Shown piece after piece: positions 10,053 to 19,706 of a stretch of DNA of 64,000 nucleotides (position 1 is the stretch's first letter; each line of letters begins with the position of its first letter). The stretch is from a virus (lineage: Duplodnaviria; Caudoviricetes): positions 28,908 through 92,907 of IMG/VR virus record IMGVR_UViG_3300033121_002154; one strand, written 5' to 3'. Position numbers and translations under genes: made by a program. Under the pieces are notes generated by a model, which saw only the letters and a program-made list of their open reading frames with translations, did not search any database and was not told where the DNA came from.

Positions 10053-10847
10053 ATGACATTAAAAAAAATATTAAATGAATTGATATATGCCGAAAAAATT
10101 CCAAATGATTTATCAAAAATTTATTGGAAAAATGGTAGAATTGCATTTAGCACAGATGACATGACAATGTTATTTGATTCTATAATTTTTGGAGTTAACA
10201 AAGAATCAAAAGAATTATTTTATTATACAATGGATGATTGGTCTGAAATTCGTTCAATCAAGCATATTCAGCAAGCTTTAAAAGATTTAATACGTGCAAA
10301 AATTATTGATTTAACATGGATTGTAACAATTGAAAGTAAAAAAAATACAATACGTTCTTTAAATTCAAATAAAGTCAAAGACATAATAAATATTGATACA
10401 AATTTTAGTAATAAAATTCCATTTTGTTTTCATGGAACTTCCACAGAATATCTACCAGATATTTTAAAAAATGGTATTATTAATAGAAAAAATTCAAAAA
10501 CAAAACCAAACTGGGATAAAGGATATGTTGAAATATCTAAATATAACATTTATCTTACAATTGATTATCAACGTGCAGTTTATTACGCAAACAAAACAGT
10601 AGAAGCAAATAAAAATCAAGGAATAATTTCAAAGCCAATAGTTATAATGATCAAAGATTTAGATACTAAATTTGCAATAACTGATGATGATTATTTGACA
10701 CATAAAAATTTATCATTACTACAATATTTAAGAACAGGTAAGAAAGCAAAAGATAATTATATTCAGGGAATTCGTAATACATCACAATTTGCATATACAA
10801 AAAATATTCCTGCAAATAAAATTTATAAAGTATTTAAACGACATTAA
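10053..10847 (+). CDS. ART-fold (H-Y type) protein
   Basis: FHGTS...L.DILKNGI...IYLT....A..YA...IP; N-term MTLKKILNE. Confidence 0.6.
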   Translation: MTLKKILNELIYAEKIPNDLSKIYWKNGRIAFSTDDMTMLFDSIIFGVNKESKELFYYTMDDWSEIRSIKHIQQALKDLIRAKIIDLTWIVTIESKKNTIRSLNSNKVKDIINIDTNFSNKIPFCFHGTSTEYLPDILKNGIINRKNSKTKPNWDKGYVEISKYNIYLTIDYQRAVYYANKTVEANKNQGIISKPIVIMIKDLDTKFAITDDDYLTHKNLSLLQYLRTGKKAKDNYIQGIRNTSQFAYTKNIPANKIYKVFKRH

Positions 10848-10858
10848 AAAAGGAAAAA

Positions 10859-11341
10859 ATGCCAACAATTAATTTAAGTATTAAAGTTATTCCACAAGGT
10901 TTATATGATAAAAATAATGACTCACTTATAACAGAAGTTTATCCAACTGTTAATTTGTGGTCACTTACATCTGGAACAAAACAATTGTCAGGTCAAAGTA
11001 CAGCAGTTTTAAATAGATATACATTTAAAACTCAAATGAGTTATTCATATGCTGGTTCGGCTTCTGCAGATCGTCCACTTTATATTCAAGTGACACTTCC
11101 AAACCATATTGAAATTTGGAGTAGTACATCAATAATATTCAATCAATCAGTTACATCAAATTATAATTATGATTTTACGATAGCTCAAACAAAAACATTA
11201 GGAGATAATTCAATTAATGTAAGTACTTCATCTTCAAGATTTGCAATGTTTGTTGGTGATTTAAATAATGATGGAATAATTGACACAACTGATTTAAGTA
11301 CTTTAGAAAATAATATGGATATTTATGCAATTACCCCTTAA
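10859..11341 (+). CDS. protein with dockerin-like Ca-binding domain (paralogous to the N-terminal part of 42549-44132)
   Basis: NHIEIWS...YDFT...FAMFVGDLNNDGIIDTTDLS..EN. Confidence 0.7.
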   Translation: MPTINLSIKVIPQGLYDKNNDSLITEVYPTVNLWSLTSGTKQLSGQSTAVLNRYTFKTQMSYSYAGSASADRPLYIQVTLPNHIEIWSSTSIIFNQSVTSNYNYDFTIAQTKTLGDNSINVSTSSSRFAMFVGDLNNDGIIDTTDLSTLENNMDIYAITP

Positions 11342-11349
11342 ATAAAAAT

Positions 11350-12513
11350 ATGGATATATTAGATAAAAAAATAGAGAACCCAGAAACACATAGACAGATA
11401 AAATTAAGTACTGCATTACATCATGATAAAGATGATACAGTATATAAAACAGCCAAAAATATTATTGATAAAAGTAAAAAAGAAAAAAAACCAAAAAAAG
11501 AACCAAGTATTTTTATTAAAAAATATGGCAATTTAAAATTAAATGCATTTCCACCTGAAGATGTGAAAGAGGAAGATGTAAAAGTTAATACAGAAGGTGA
11601 CATTCATAGTCATGCTGTGTTAACTTGGCGTGATCCAAAAACTGGTCGTGCTGTAAATAGTTACACTCAAAAATTTATGAAAAGAAATGCAAAAATTAAA
11701 TGGGCTAGAATAAAAAAATTAAATAGCCATAAAGTTGAATCTATAATAAAAGAATCAAATGATGAATTAAATTCAGATGATCCCGAAATAAGTGATAGTG
11801 CTGCAATCATTTCTATAATTGCACAAACTGGATTAAGAATAGGTGATCATACCAATTATAATAGAACTAAAAATCGTGGTGTAATGACACTTGGTCCTGA
11901 AAATATAAAAATTGAAGACAATATAATTAAATTAAATTTTGTAGGTAAAAGTTATAAAGAAAACAATGCATCGATAAAAGATGAAAAATTAGCAAATTAT
12001 TTACAAAAAAGATTAAATGAAAATAAAGATAAAAATTTTATATTTGATACTGGGTATAATGAAGTAAATAGTTTATTTGATAAATTTGCTGGAAATAAAT
12101 TTAAAATCAAAGATTTAAGAACATATACTGCAACAACTATGGCAAAAAATATTCTCTTAAAAGATAAAACTCCACCGCCACCTTTGCCTGAAAATGATAG
12201 ACAAATAAAAAAAGCAATTAAGAAAAAATTATTAAATGTATTTGAACAAGTTAGCCAGAGATTAAATAATACACCAGCAATGGCAAAATCAAGTTATATT
12301 CATCCTGAAATTATTAATAAATGGTTAGCAACATTAGGTGTAAGAGAAGAATTAACAAAAGAAGTATATTCAGAAGGAAAAATATTTGTTAATTTATTAA
12401 CAGAAGAAAAGAAAAGTTCAACATTTAAAGTCACAAATGATTTTGAAGATTGTGATGAATATGAATTACCAAAATGGTGGAATGATGAAAATGTTAAATT
12501 AATTAAAAAATGA
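11350..12513 (+). CDS. DNA topoisomerase IB (bacterial/pox-type)
   Basis: TGLRIG, F.GK, KDLRT, NTP..AK.SYIHP catalytic set (R,K,R,N,Y). Confidence 0.9.
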   Translation: MDILDKKIENPETHRQIKLSTALHHDKDDTVYKTAKNIIDKSKKEKKPKKEPSIFIKKYGNLKLNAFPPEDVKEEDVKVNTEGDIHSHAVLTWRDPKTGRAVNSYTQKFMKRNAKIKWARIKKLNSHKVESIIKESNDELNSDDPEISDSAAIISIIAQTGLRIGDHTNYNRTKNRGVMTLGPENIKIEDNIIKLNFVGKSYKENNASIKDEKLANYLQKRLNENKDKNFIFDTGYNEVNSLFDKFAGNKFKIKDLRTYTATTMAKNILLKDKTPPPPLPENDRQIKKAIKKKLLNVFEQVSQRLNNTPAMAKSSYIHPEIINKWLATLGVREELTKEVYSEGKIFVNLLTEEKKSSTFKVTNDFEDCDEYELPKWWNDENVKLIKK

Positions 12514-13454
12514 AATTAATAAATATTTTAAATGAATTACGATATTTAGATTATCAAAAAGATATTGCTAATAATAAAATTTTAAAAGATAATGAAACAA
12601 TTTCAGTATTTCACGGGTTTGCTCAATTAAATCAAGCATTGTTAGCAATAAAATTTGGATTATCTGGTAAAGAAAATGCTGATAGAAGATATAGTTATGA
12701 ATATGGTAATAATCCTAAAGGTTTATTTGTAAGTGCAGATATTCAAACAATAATTCGCTCACATTTTGCAGGTAGCGGTGTCATCATTCAATTTTCAACA
12801 AAAGTAAAAAATCTTGAATCACCTGTTTGGGTAGGTGGAAGAAGTTACTTTGTTCAAGGTGAATATACAAAAAGTTTTAAAGATGATAATGAAAGAGAAG
12901 AACAAAGATTAAAAAATAGAGAAAGAGATAGTGCAAATATATATCCAACAATTTCAAAAAGTGATAGGCCTGAATTGGCACAAACATTATTTGATAATAT
13001 GGAACATCAAGCTTTGTTTATTGGACATTTAAATCCAAATATGATTAAGTATGTTTGGGTACATAAAAATTTAATGATTAACAAAAGAACAAGTGGAATA
13101 TGGAAGAAAATGCAACCAAAAGTATTTTTAAAAAAATATTTTGAATCAAATGCTAAATCAAAAACACAATCTTATAATAGAAAAACTCAAAAATGGGAAT
13201 ATGGAGAAGAGGATTATTCTGATGAATATTATAAACATTTAGATAAAATTTTTAAACCAAATGATGATTTTAATTTAAATAAAGTTAATGAATATTTTAA
13301 AAAACATAAATTTACAATAAGTGGAAATGAATATACATCTTTTACTCTAAATACATTTTTAAAATCTTTTTATCAAAGTAGAATTTATGAAGATTATATA
13401 GACAAAATGTTTTGGCCAAAACAAATTGAGCAAATTGAGCAACTTTTAAAATAA
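12510..13454 (+). CDS. possible ART-fold protein with N-terminal leader
   Basis: VFHG......GL...GLFVS...EHQALF; N-term MKLINILNE. Confidence 0.45.
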   Translation: MKLINILNELRYLDYQKDIANNKILKDNETISVFHGFAQLNQALLAIKFGLSGKENADRRYSYEYGNNPKGLFVSADIQTIIRSHFAGSGVIIQFSTKVKNLESPVWVGGRSYFVQGEYTKSFKDDNEREEQRLKNRERDSANIYPTISKSDRPELAQTLFDNMEHQALFIGHLNPNMIKYVWVHKNLMINKRTSGIWKKMQPKVFLKKYFESNAKSKTQSYNRKTQKWEYGEEDYSDEYYKHLDKIFKPNDDFNLNKVNEYFKKHKFTISGNEYTSFTLNTFLKSFYQSRIYEDYIDKMFWPKQIEQIEQLLK

Positions 13455-13516
13455 TTTAAATATTAAATTATAATATTTATATAAAAGTTTTTATTTTTTT
13501 AAATAAATTTTTAAAT

Positions 13517-13732
13517 ATGCCAAAATCAACAACAACAGCAAATGATACTTTAGATGCTTTATTAAGATCAGTAGATCCATCATGGAGAAGTGGGGCAACA
13601 AGATATGTAGCATTACATACAGGTGATCCTGGCAATCCAGCAACAATTACTCCAAATAGCATTATTTCAGGAGATGTAGAGGTAGATATTTCAGGTAATG
13701 GTGAAACATTATCAATTTTAACTAGACAATAA
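13517..13732 (+). CDS. small structural-type protein
   Basis: YVALHTGDPG motif typical of phage tail-associated proteins. Confidence 0.45.
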   Translation: MPKSTTTANDTLDALLRSVDPSWRSGATRYVALHTGDPGNPATITPNSIISGDVEVDISGNGETLSILTRQ

Positions 13733-14139
13733 TGATTAATACTTTATCAGTTGCTACAAGAAGGAAGCTTTGTTCAACACTTAAAAAGACATTATCAATA
13801 GCGGCATTTGGTTTACTTATACAACAAGATATTACTGAGCCAATTATTCAACAGGATGTAGTAACAAAAACTCATTATGGTGGCGGTGGTAATTCTGAAG
13901 TTAGAATAAAAAATAAAAATCAAAACCAAAAAGCAAAATTTTTATCTTTTAAAATTAAACTTAAAGGAACAAATAAATGGCAACATGTTGTATATGATAA
14001 CAAAGAAAATAATGATATATTATTTTTATTAATGAACAATCCATTGATAACGAAAGAAAATATAAAATTAAAATTTAATTTGAAAACATATGAAAATGAA
14101 AAAAAGTTTACTTTTACATTAAATCAGGGAAAAATATGA
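13732..14139 (+). CDS. hypothetical protein
   Basis: ORF coupled to neighbours. Confidence 0.55.
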   Translation: MINTLSVATRRKLCSTLKKTLSIAAFGLLIQQDITEPIIQQDVVTKTHYGGGGNSEVRIKNKNQNQKAKFLSFKIKLKGTNKWQHVVYDNKENNDILFLLMNNPLITKENIKLKFNLKTYENEKKFTFTLNQGKI

Positions 14140-14606
14140 AATTAGACATAACTGAAAAACAAAATATAGAGTTTGATTTACAATTTTCTGGAGCAGATTC
14201 AGATGAATTGAAACCAAGACTGGTTTTACATGAAAACAATTATTCTTTAGTCTTTGAAGGTAAATTAAGTAAAGGGAAATGTAATTTTTCATTACCTATA
14301 TTATCAAAAGTAATTCAAAGCAAAAAAATGCTTGCTGAAATTGAGGTGATTGTAGAAAATAAAATATATAAACCGTGGTCATCAGATATTGATATTGAGA
14401 GTCCAATTAATTTCAATATCAAAGAAAGTAACAATCAATCCAAACTTGATGTTGTATTTGAAAACATAAATGTAAAAAATGTATCAAAGATGATTAAGGT
14501 TAAAACCCCAAGAGGATTAAAAGAATACAAATTACTTAAGCGAGGTGAAAAAGAAATTATTGTTGAAGATAATAGAGGCAAAGAAAAAACAATAAAAATA
14601 AAATAA
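14136..14606 (+). CDS. hypothetical virion-region protein
   Basis: ORF; beta-rich with EIEVIVE..Y.PW. Confidence 0.6.
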   Translation: MKLDITEKQNIEFDLQFSGADSDELKPRLVLHENNYSLVFEGKLSKGKCNFSLPILSKVIQSKKMLAEIEVIVENKIYKPWSSDIDIESPINFNIKESNNQSKLDVVFENINVKNVSKMIKVKTPRGLKEYKLLKRGEKEIIVEDNRGKEKTIKIK

Positions 14607-14609
14607 TTT

Positions 14610-15101
14610 ATGATAATATTACAAAATGACTCAGAAAACCTTGAACAAACATTTGTTCGTAAAGGTTTAATTGCACATATTCCTATATTAATAGATGGGG
14701 AAACATATTGGGCAACAGACACTCAAACACTCCATGTTGGTCAAGCAGACGGAAAGAATAAAGTATTTTATCCTGGACAAATAGGTTATACAATTATAGA
14801 TGCAGTTGGTGAACCTATTCAGGTTGATTGTTCATTTAATATAAATTTTTATATTCCATTTTACGGTGATGGTGTTAGTAACTCTCAAGTTATGTTAAAT
14901 AATATGCCAGAAGGAAAGTGGATAACTGTAGTATCTGATAATTATGTACCTGGGTATGGTGAATATGAATTTATAGATGTAATATGGCCAACGGATGAGC
15001 CGACAGCTGATGATACACAAACATTTTTTTATTCTTTCATTAAATTTAATGGCAAAATTTTTGGAACCAGTAGAAAAAAATACCCATATACAGTACTTTA
15101 G
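14610..15101 (+). CDS. tail-fibre-like protein (N-terminal attachment motif)
   Basis: L.DGE.YWATDT.TL.VG resembles fibre N-terminal domains. Confidence 0.5.
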   Translation: MIILQNDSENLEQTFVRKGLIAHIPILIDGETYWATDTQTLHVGQADGKNKVFYPGQIGYTIIDAVGEPIQVDCSFNINFYIPFYGDGVSNSQVMLNNMPEGKWITVVSDNYVPGYGEYEFIDVIWPTDEPTADDTQTFFYSFIKFNGKIFGTSRKKYPYTVL

Positions 15102-18100
15102 TTTAACAATAATATTATTTTTAGCTTTATTTGTCAATGGAGTTGCACAGCCAATTTTTACTCCTCCGCAGCCAAATAGAACTGTAAAGAAATATTTTGT
15201 TAGTAAATTAGGAAATGATGCAAATAGTGGACTAACAGCTGGTACATCTTGGCAGACATTAGATAGAGTAAATAGACAAAGATTGTTTAGTGGTGATTCT
15301 GTTGTATTTAATGGTGGTGATACTATTTTAGGTTCTTTAAATTTAAATTCACAAAAAAATTCTCAATTTAATAATATTGATGTTAGTTCAGTATTACCAA
15401 TAAGTTTTAATAGTTATGGAACCGGAAAAGCAACATTAAAATGTGCAGATACATTATCTTATGTTGTTAAAATTACTTATTTAGCTAAAACAAAAATTAC
15501 ATTTAAAAATTTAAATTTCTTAGGTATTTATGATGCAGTATCTTATTCAGGCGGTAATAATTCAATTGGATATGGAATTGTAATTGATAATTATACAAGA
15601 AATTTTTATGTTGATAAAAATGGCATTAATATTTATCCCGGTTCAGGAGGATTGTTTAGTGTTGATTCTTGTAGATTTTCAAGGTTTAAAACTGCAGGAA
15701 TAGGATTAATAGTTGTATCACCATTAAAACAGGAAGCAACATTTAATATAACCTCAAATGATTTTGATAGTATTGGATTTACTGGAATTTATGGAATTGG
15801 AATTTATAGCTGCAATGTTAATATTACAAATAATAGCATTACAAATATAATTGGAAAAAATTCAACAGATAATTATTCTTCAGCAGGAATATTTTTTAAT
15901 AGAGTAAACAATGCTTCAATTCAATATAATTACATAAATAAAATTGGCATGAATAATCTTCAGTCATTTGGTGGAGTTTATATTGCTGGTTCATCAAATT
16001 GTGAAATAAGAAGAAATGAAATTAAAAATGTAAGAAATAAAACCGGAAGTGATGGGGCAGGAATATATTTTAATTGTCAATCTGATTCAAATTCAGCTGA
16101 ATATAATTACATTGCAAATTGTGAAACAGGTATAATTTTAAGTAATGCTACAAATAATTCTTGTCCAGATTGGCACACACCAGAAGATGAATTTGTTCAA
16201 TCATCTTATAATGTTGCTGCTTATAATATTATAATGATGGATTCCGGTGCAACAACTGGAATATCTTTATATAATTATCCCTATAGATCTGTATATACAA
16301 GATATGATGGTAGATTTCCAAAAAGAAATTTTATTTATAATAATTTACTTTATATAAAAAGATCCAAAGATATTGGACAATCTAATATGGATGATACTGC
16401 ATATTTTACTTGTGGTATTAGACAATTTGGATATAATGATTCAACATACATTTATAATAATATACTTTATTTAAAAGATTCAACTTTAGCAATTTCTACA
16501 GCACTTACACATTCATCTGATATAAGTGATTCATTAACTAATCAATGGGGCAATTTATTTACAAATTCAAAAATTTTAAATAACAATTATTATTTTGAAA
16601 ATGAAGATAGTACTTATAGATTTTCAGAACAATTAGGAACATTTGGACCTGCACCAAATTATTATCCGCTTTCAAGAAAATTTTTATATCCAACATATTG
16701 GTCTGATTCCACAAGTTCAGAAAAAGATGTTGATTATTTATATTCATATTATAATACTGATCCTGGTATAAAAAACATAACTCAAAATTTATCAGTGAAA
16801 ATAAATCCATATGAATTTGATACATTAACATGCTTTCAGATAACCGATATTTATTCCAATGTGCTCGGAAATGGCACAGATTTTAATACTGATATTCAAA
16901 AAATTGCAAATGTTTTATCACTTGATATTTATGGTAATGCAATACCACAACAACCTTCATTAGGTGTTTATCAAGGATATATTAGAACAAGACATTATTA
17001 TGTATCTTCTGCTGGCGATGATAATAATAGCGGGCTTTTAACCACAAGAAGCTTTAAAACTTTAACAAAAATCAGTACAATTAATCTTCATTCTGGTGAC
17101 ACAGTTTCATTTAAAGGTGGTGATATAATTTATGGTCAATATAATAAAACAATTGTTTTAAAAAATGACTCAAGTAAAATTGTGTTTAATAGTTATGGTA
17201 CCGGAAAAGCAACAATTGAGGCAATTGTTGGACAAGATAAAATATTTAATTTAAATTATAGCAAACAAATAAAATATGAATTTAAAAATCTTATTTTTAA
17301 AGGAGATTATGATGCATATAATCGCTCTGGAGATACATTAAATCAATATGGAATAATGTTCACAAATTCAGACAAAACAATTACACCAGAATGCAGTAAC
17401 TTTTATTTTAATATAGATAGTTGTGAATTTACTGGATTTAAAGTATCAGGATTATGTTTAATAAATAATAATTATTATATTAGAGGATATTTAAGAATAC
17501 AAAATTCTAATTTTCATGATATTGGTGTCAAAGGATTTGAAATTTATCGTATATATTATTCTGATTTTAAAGTTACAAATAACTCTATAACGAATATTTA
17601 TGGTAAGTGGGGAGGAACAACACCACATAGTTCTAATACATATAATTTATATGCTTATGCTACATATATAATTCAATCGAGAGGTTTGATAATTGATTCC
17701 AATTATGTAAATAATATTGGGAATTATGCTGCTGGTTGTGGGTTGTATGTTTCTGCCAGTAAAAGTGTAAAATTTCAACATAATGAAGTTAGAAATATAA
17801 AGACTATGACTGGTGTTGAGGGTCATAGTTTATATCAAGATTGTGGTAGTGATTCGGTTTTATTTGAATATAATTATTCACAAAATTCTTATCACGGTCT
17901 TTCACTTGCAGGTGGTGGTACAATATCATCAGGATATGATCCGATTTATTTCCCTGATGGGGTTGTTGAAGATAATATTGGTTCAAATAATAATATTGCA
18001 AGATATAATATTTTTATTATGGATTCAACAAGTCATTCAGCTGCAACATTATATTCTGCTGATACAAATTATAGACATGGTGATTATTCATATGCAACTC

Positions 18101-18726
18101 ACAACAATATGTTTTATAATAATTTAGTTTATGCAGGAATAGTTGGAACTCCGGATACGGCTGATGCAAAAGTATATCCATCTGGTATTACATCATTTGG
18201 TGGGCATGATTCTTTATATGTTTTTAATAATATTTTTATTCTGGATTCTGGAAGAGCATTTAGATTAGAACCCACATATAAAAGTGAACATGGGCAGACA
18301 ATAAATGCATTTATTCATAATAATATATATTGGGATGTAGACGGAACTCAAGATAAAATAATTTCACAATGGAGAAAAACAGGATGGACTTTAGTGACAT
18401 GGTTTCACTGGTTTGATAAAACTTTTAGCTCACTTACTGAATGGGCTGACTCAACGGGTTATGAAAAAAATGGTATGAGTTATACATTTATAAATACAAA
18501 TCCTAATATTAAAAATATAATGGCTAGAATTTATGGCACATCTGCAAGAATAAAATTACTTGATACATTAAATAATTTTAAACCATTACCAGGTTCTGTA
18601 GCATTTAATAGTGGAACAAACTATAATAATATTGTAAGATATTTGGGCCACGATACTGCAACATATGATTTTTATGGAAATATAATTGATGCAACAGATG
18701 ATATTGGAATATATTCATCACCATAA
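15049..18726 (+). CDS. large parallel beta-helix (pectin-lyase fold) protein, two tandem modules, signal-peptide-like N-terminus
   Basis: Two YxVSxxGxDxNSGL...SYGTGKAT modules; Asn-rich IxNNxI repeats; hydrophobic LTIILFLALFVNGVAQ; start at ATG 15049 is my choice over 14995. Confidence 0.75.
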   Translation: MAKFLEPVEKNTHIQYFSLTIILFLALFVNGVAQPIFTPPQPNRTVKKYFVSKLGNDANSGLTAGTSWQTLDRVNRQRLFSGDSVVFNGGDTILGSLNLNSQKNSQFNNIDVSSVLPISFNSYGTGKATLKCADTLSYVVKITYLAKTKITFKNLNFLGIYDAVSYSGGNNSIGYGIVIDNYTRNFYVDKNGINIYPGSGGLFSVDSCRFSRFKTAGIGLIVVSPLKQEATFNITSNDFDSIGFTGIYGIGIYSCNVNITNNSITNIIGKNSTDNYSSAGIFFNRVNNASIQYNYINKIGMNNLQSFGGVYIAGSSNCEIRRNEIKNVRNKTGSDGAGIYFNCQSDSNSAEYNYIANCETGIILSNATNNSCPDWHTPEDEFVQSSYNVAAYNIIMMDSGATTGISLYNYPYRSVYTRYDGRFPKRNFIYNNLLYIKRSKDIGQSNMDDTAYFTCGIRQFGYNDSTYIYNNILYLKDSTLAISTALTHSSDISDSLTNQWGNLFTNSKILNNNYYFENEDSTYRFSEQLGTFGPAPNYYPLSRKFLYPTYWSDSTSSEKDVDYLYSYYNTDPGIKNITQNLSVKINPYEFDTLTCFQITDIYSNVLGNGTDFNTDIQKIANVLSLDIYGNAIPQQPSLGVYQGYIRTRHYYVSSAGDDNNSGLLTTRSFKTLTKISTINLHSGDTVSFKGGDIIYGQYNKTIVLKNDSSKIVFNSYGTGKATIEAIVGQDKIFNLNYSKQIKYEFKNLIFKGDYDAYNRSGDTLNQYGIMFTNSDKTITPECSNFYFNIDSCEFTGFKVSGLCLINNNYYIRGYLRIQNSNFHDIGVKGFEIYRIYYSDFKVTNNSITNIYGKWGGTTPHSSNTYNLYAYATYIIQSRGLIIDSNYVNNIGNYAAGCGLYVSASKSVKFQHNEVRNIKTMTGVEGHSLYQDCGSDSVLFEYNYSQNSYHGLSLAGGGTISSGYDPIYFPDGVVEDNIGSNNNIARYNIFIMDSTSHSAATLYSADTNYRHGDYSYATHNNMFYNNLVYAGIVGTPDTADAKVYPSGITSFGGHDSLYVFNNIFILDSGRAFRLEPTYKSEHGQTINAFIHNNIYWDVDGTQDKIISQWRKTGWTLVTWFHWFDKTFSSLTEWADSTGYEKNGMSYTFINTNPNIKNIMARIYGTSARIKLLDTLNNFKPLPGSVAFNSGTNYNNIVRYLGHDTATYDFYGNIIDATDDIGIYSSP

Positions 18727-18779
18727 TAAAATTTCAAAATAATTTTTTATTGATTAAAAAATATAAAATATTTATTAAA

Positions 18780-19409
18780 ATGATAACTATAAAAAAAATA
18801 TTAAATGAAATTCTTTTAAATGAAGGAATGGAAAAAGATGCATTAGTAGATAATGCAAGTAAGGCTTTATTCAAAGTTATGAATAAATATGCTACTAAAG
18901 AAAATAGATATCAAGCCATATTATTGGTAATAATGCAAGCTATAGATTATAGATTAAATTCTGTAGATGATAGCTTTAAATATCTTCAATATATTGCACA
19001 TAACATTCTTCGTGGGGAAAATTTTCAATTGAATAATAATGCTATGGATATATTATTAGATAAAGAAAAAGTAAATTTGGATAAAAATGAAGATTTTAAT
19101 GAACATGATGAAATTTCATTAGATGGAATTGTAATAAATAATAGAACAAAAACTGTTAATTTTGGTGACAACCCTTCTATACAAATGCCAAATATTCAAT
19201 TTAAAATTTTATATTTCTTAATGTCTCATCCGGATGTATTTTATTCAAGACAATCAATATTAAAAAATGTTTGGGGTGATAGAGGATATGATGTCAATGA
19301 TAGAAATGTTGATGTTAAAATTTCACAATTAAAAGGATTTATGCCTAATGAATTCAAATCAAAAATAATTGGTAAAAAGAATATTGGATATAAGTTTGAT
19401 TCTAAATAG
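18780..19409 (+). CDS. OmpR/PhoB-type winged-helix DNA-binding protein lacking a receiver domain
   Basis: FKILYFLMSHP..FYSRQSILKNVWG....DRNVDVKISQL...GYKF (Trans_reg_C pattern); start MITIKKILNE. Confidence 0.85.
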   Translation: MITIKKILNEILLNEGMEKDALVDNASKALFKVMNKYATKENRYQAILLVIMQAIDYRLNSVDDSFKYLQYIAHNILRGENFQLNNNAMDILLDKEKVNLDKNEDFNEHDEISLDGIVINNRTKTVNFGDNPSIQMPNIQFKILYFLMSHPDVFYSRQSILKNVWGDRGYDVNDRNVDVKISQLKGFMPNEFKSKIIGKKNIGYKFDSK

Positions 19410-19454
19410 TTTTTAATTGATAAATAACTAAAATAATATTTATTAAAAAAATAA

Positions 19455-19667
19455 ATGAATAAATGTAATGGTGTTTTTGTAAATCAAAGTTTTCCAGGTG
19501 AATCTGTAGATTCACTATTAAAAAAATTTAAGAAAAAAATTAAATTATCAAAAATTCTTCAATTAAAAACTGAATCAGATGTTTTTATAAAACCATCTGT
19601 AAAAAAGAGATTAAAAAAAATTGAACAAATTAGAAAAAATCAAAGTAATTTAAAATTAAATTTTTAA
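19455..19667 (+). CDS. rpsU: ribosomal protein bS21 homolog
   Basis: GESVDSLLKKFKKK......L.......F.KPS.KKR; position next to scaffold and capsid genes. Confidence 0.8.
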   Translation: MNKCNGVFVNQSFPGESVDSLLKKFKKKIKLSKILQLKTESDVFIKPSVKKRLKKIEQIRKNQSNLKLNF

Positions 19668-19706
19668 AATTTTTCATTTCAATTATAATTTAGAGGAGCG
19701 AGTTGC

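Noticed and set aside
16559-18127. Short nested ORFs within the beta-helix gene, and similar antisense ORFs elsewhere in the track
   Set aside because: They overlap well-supported genes and have no motifs or start context.
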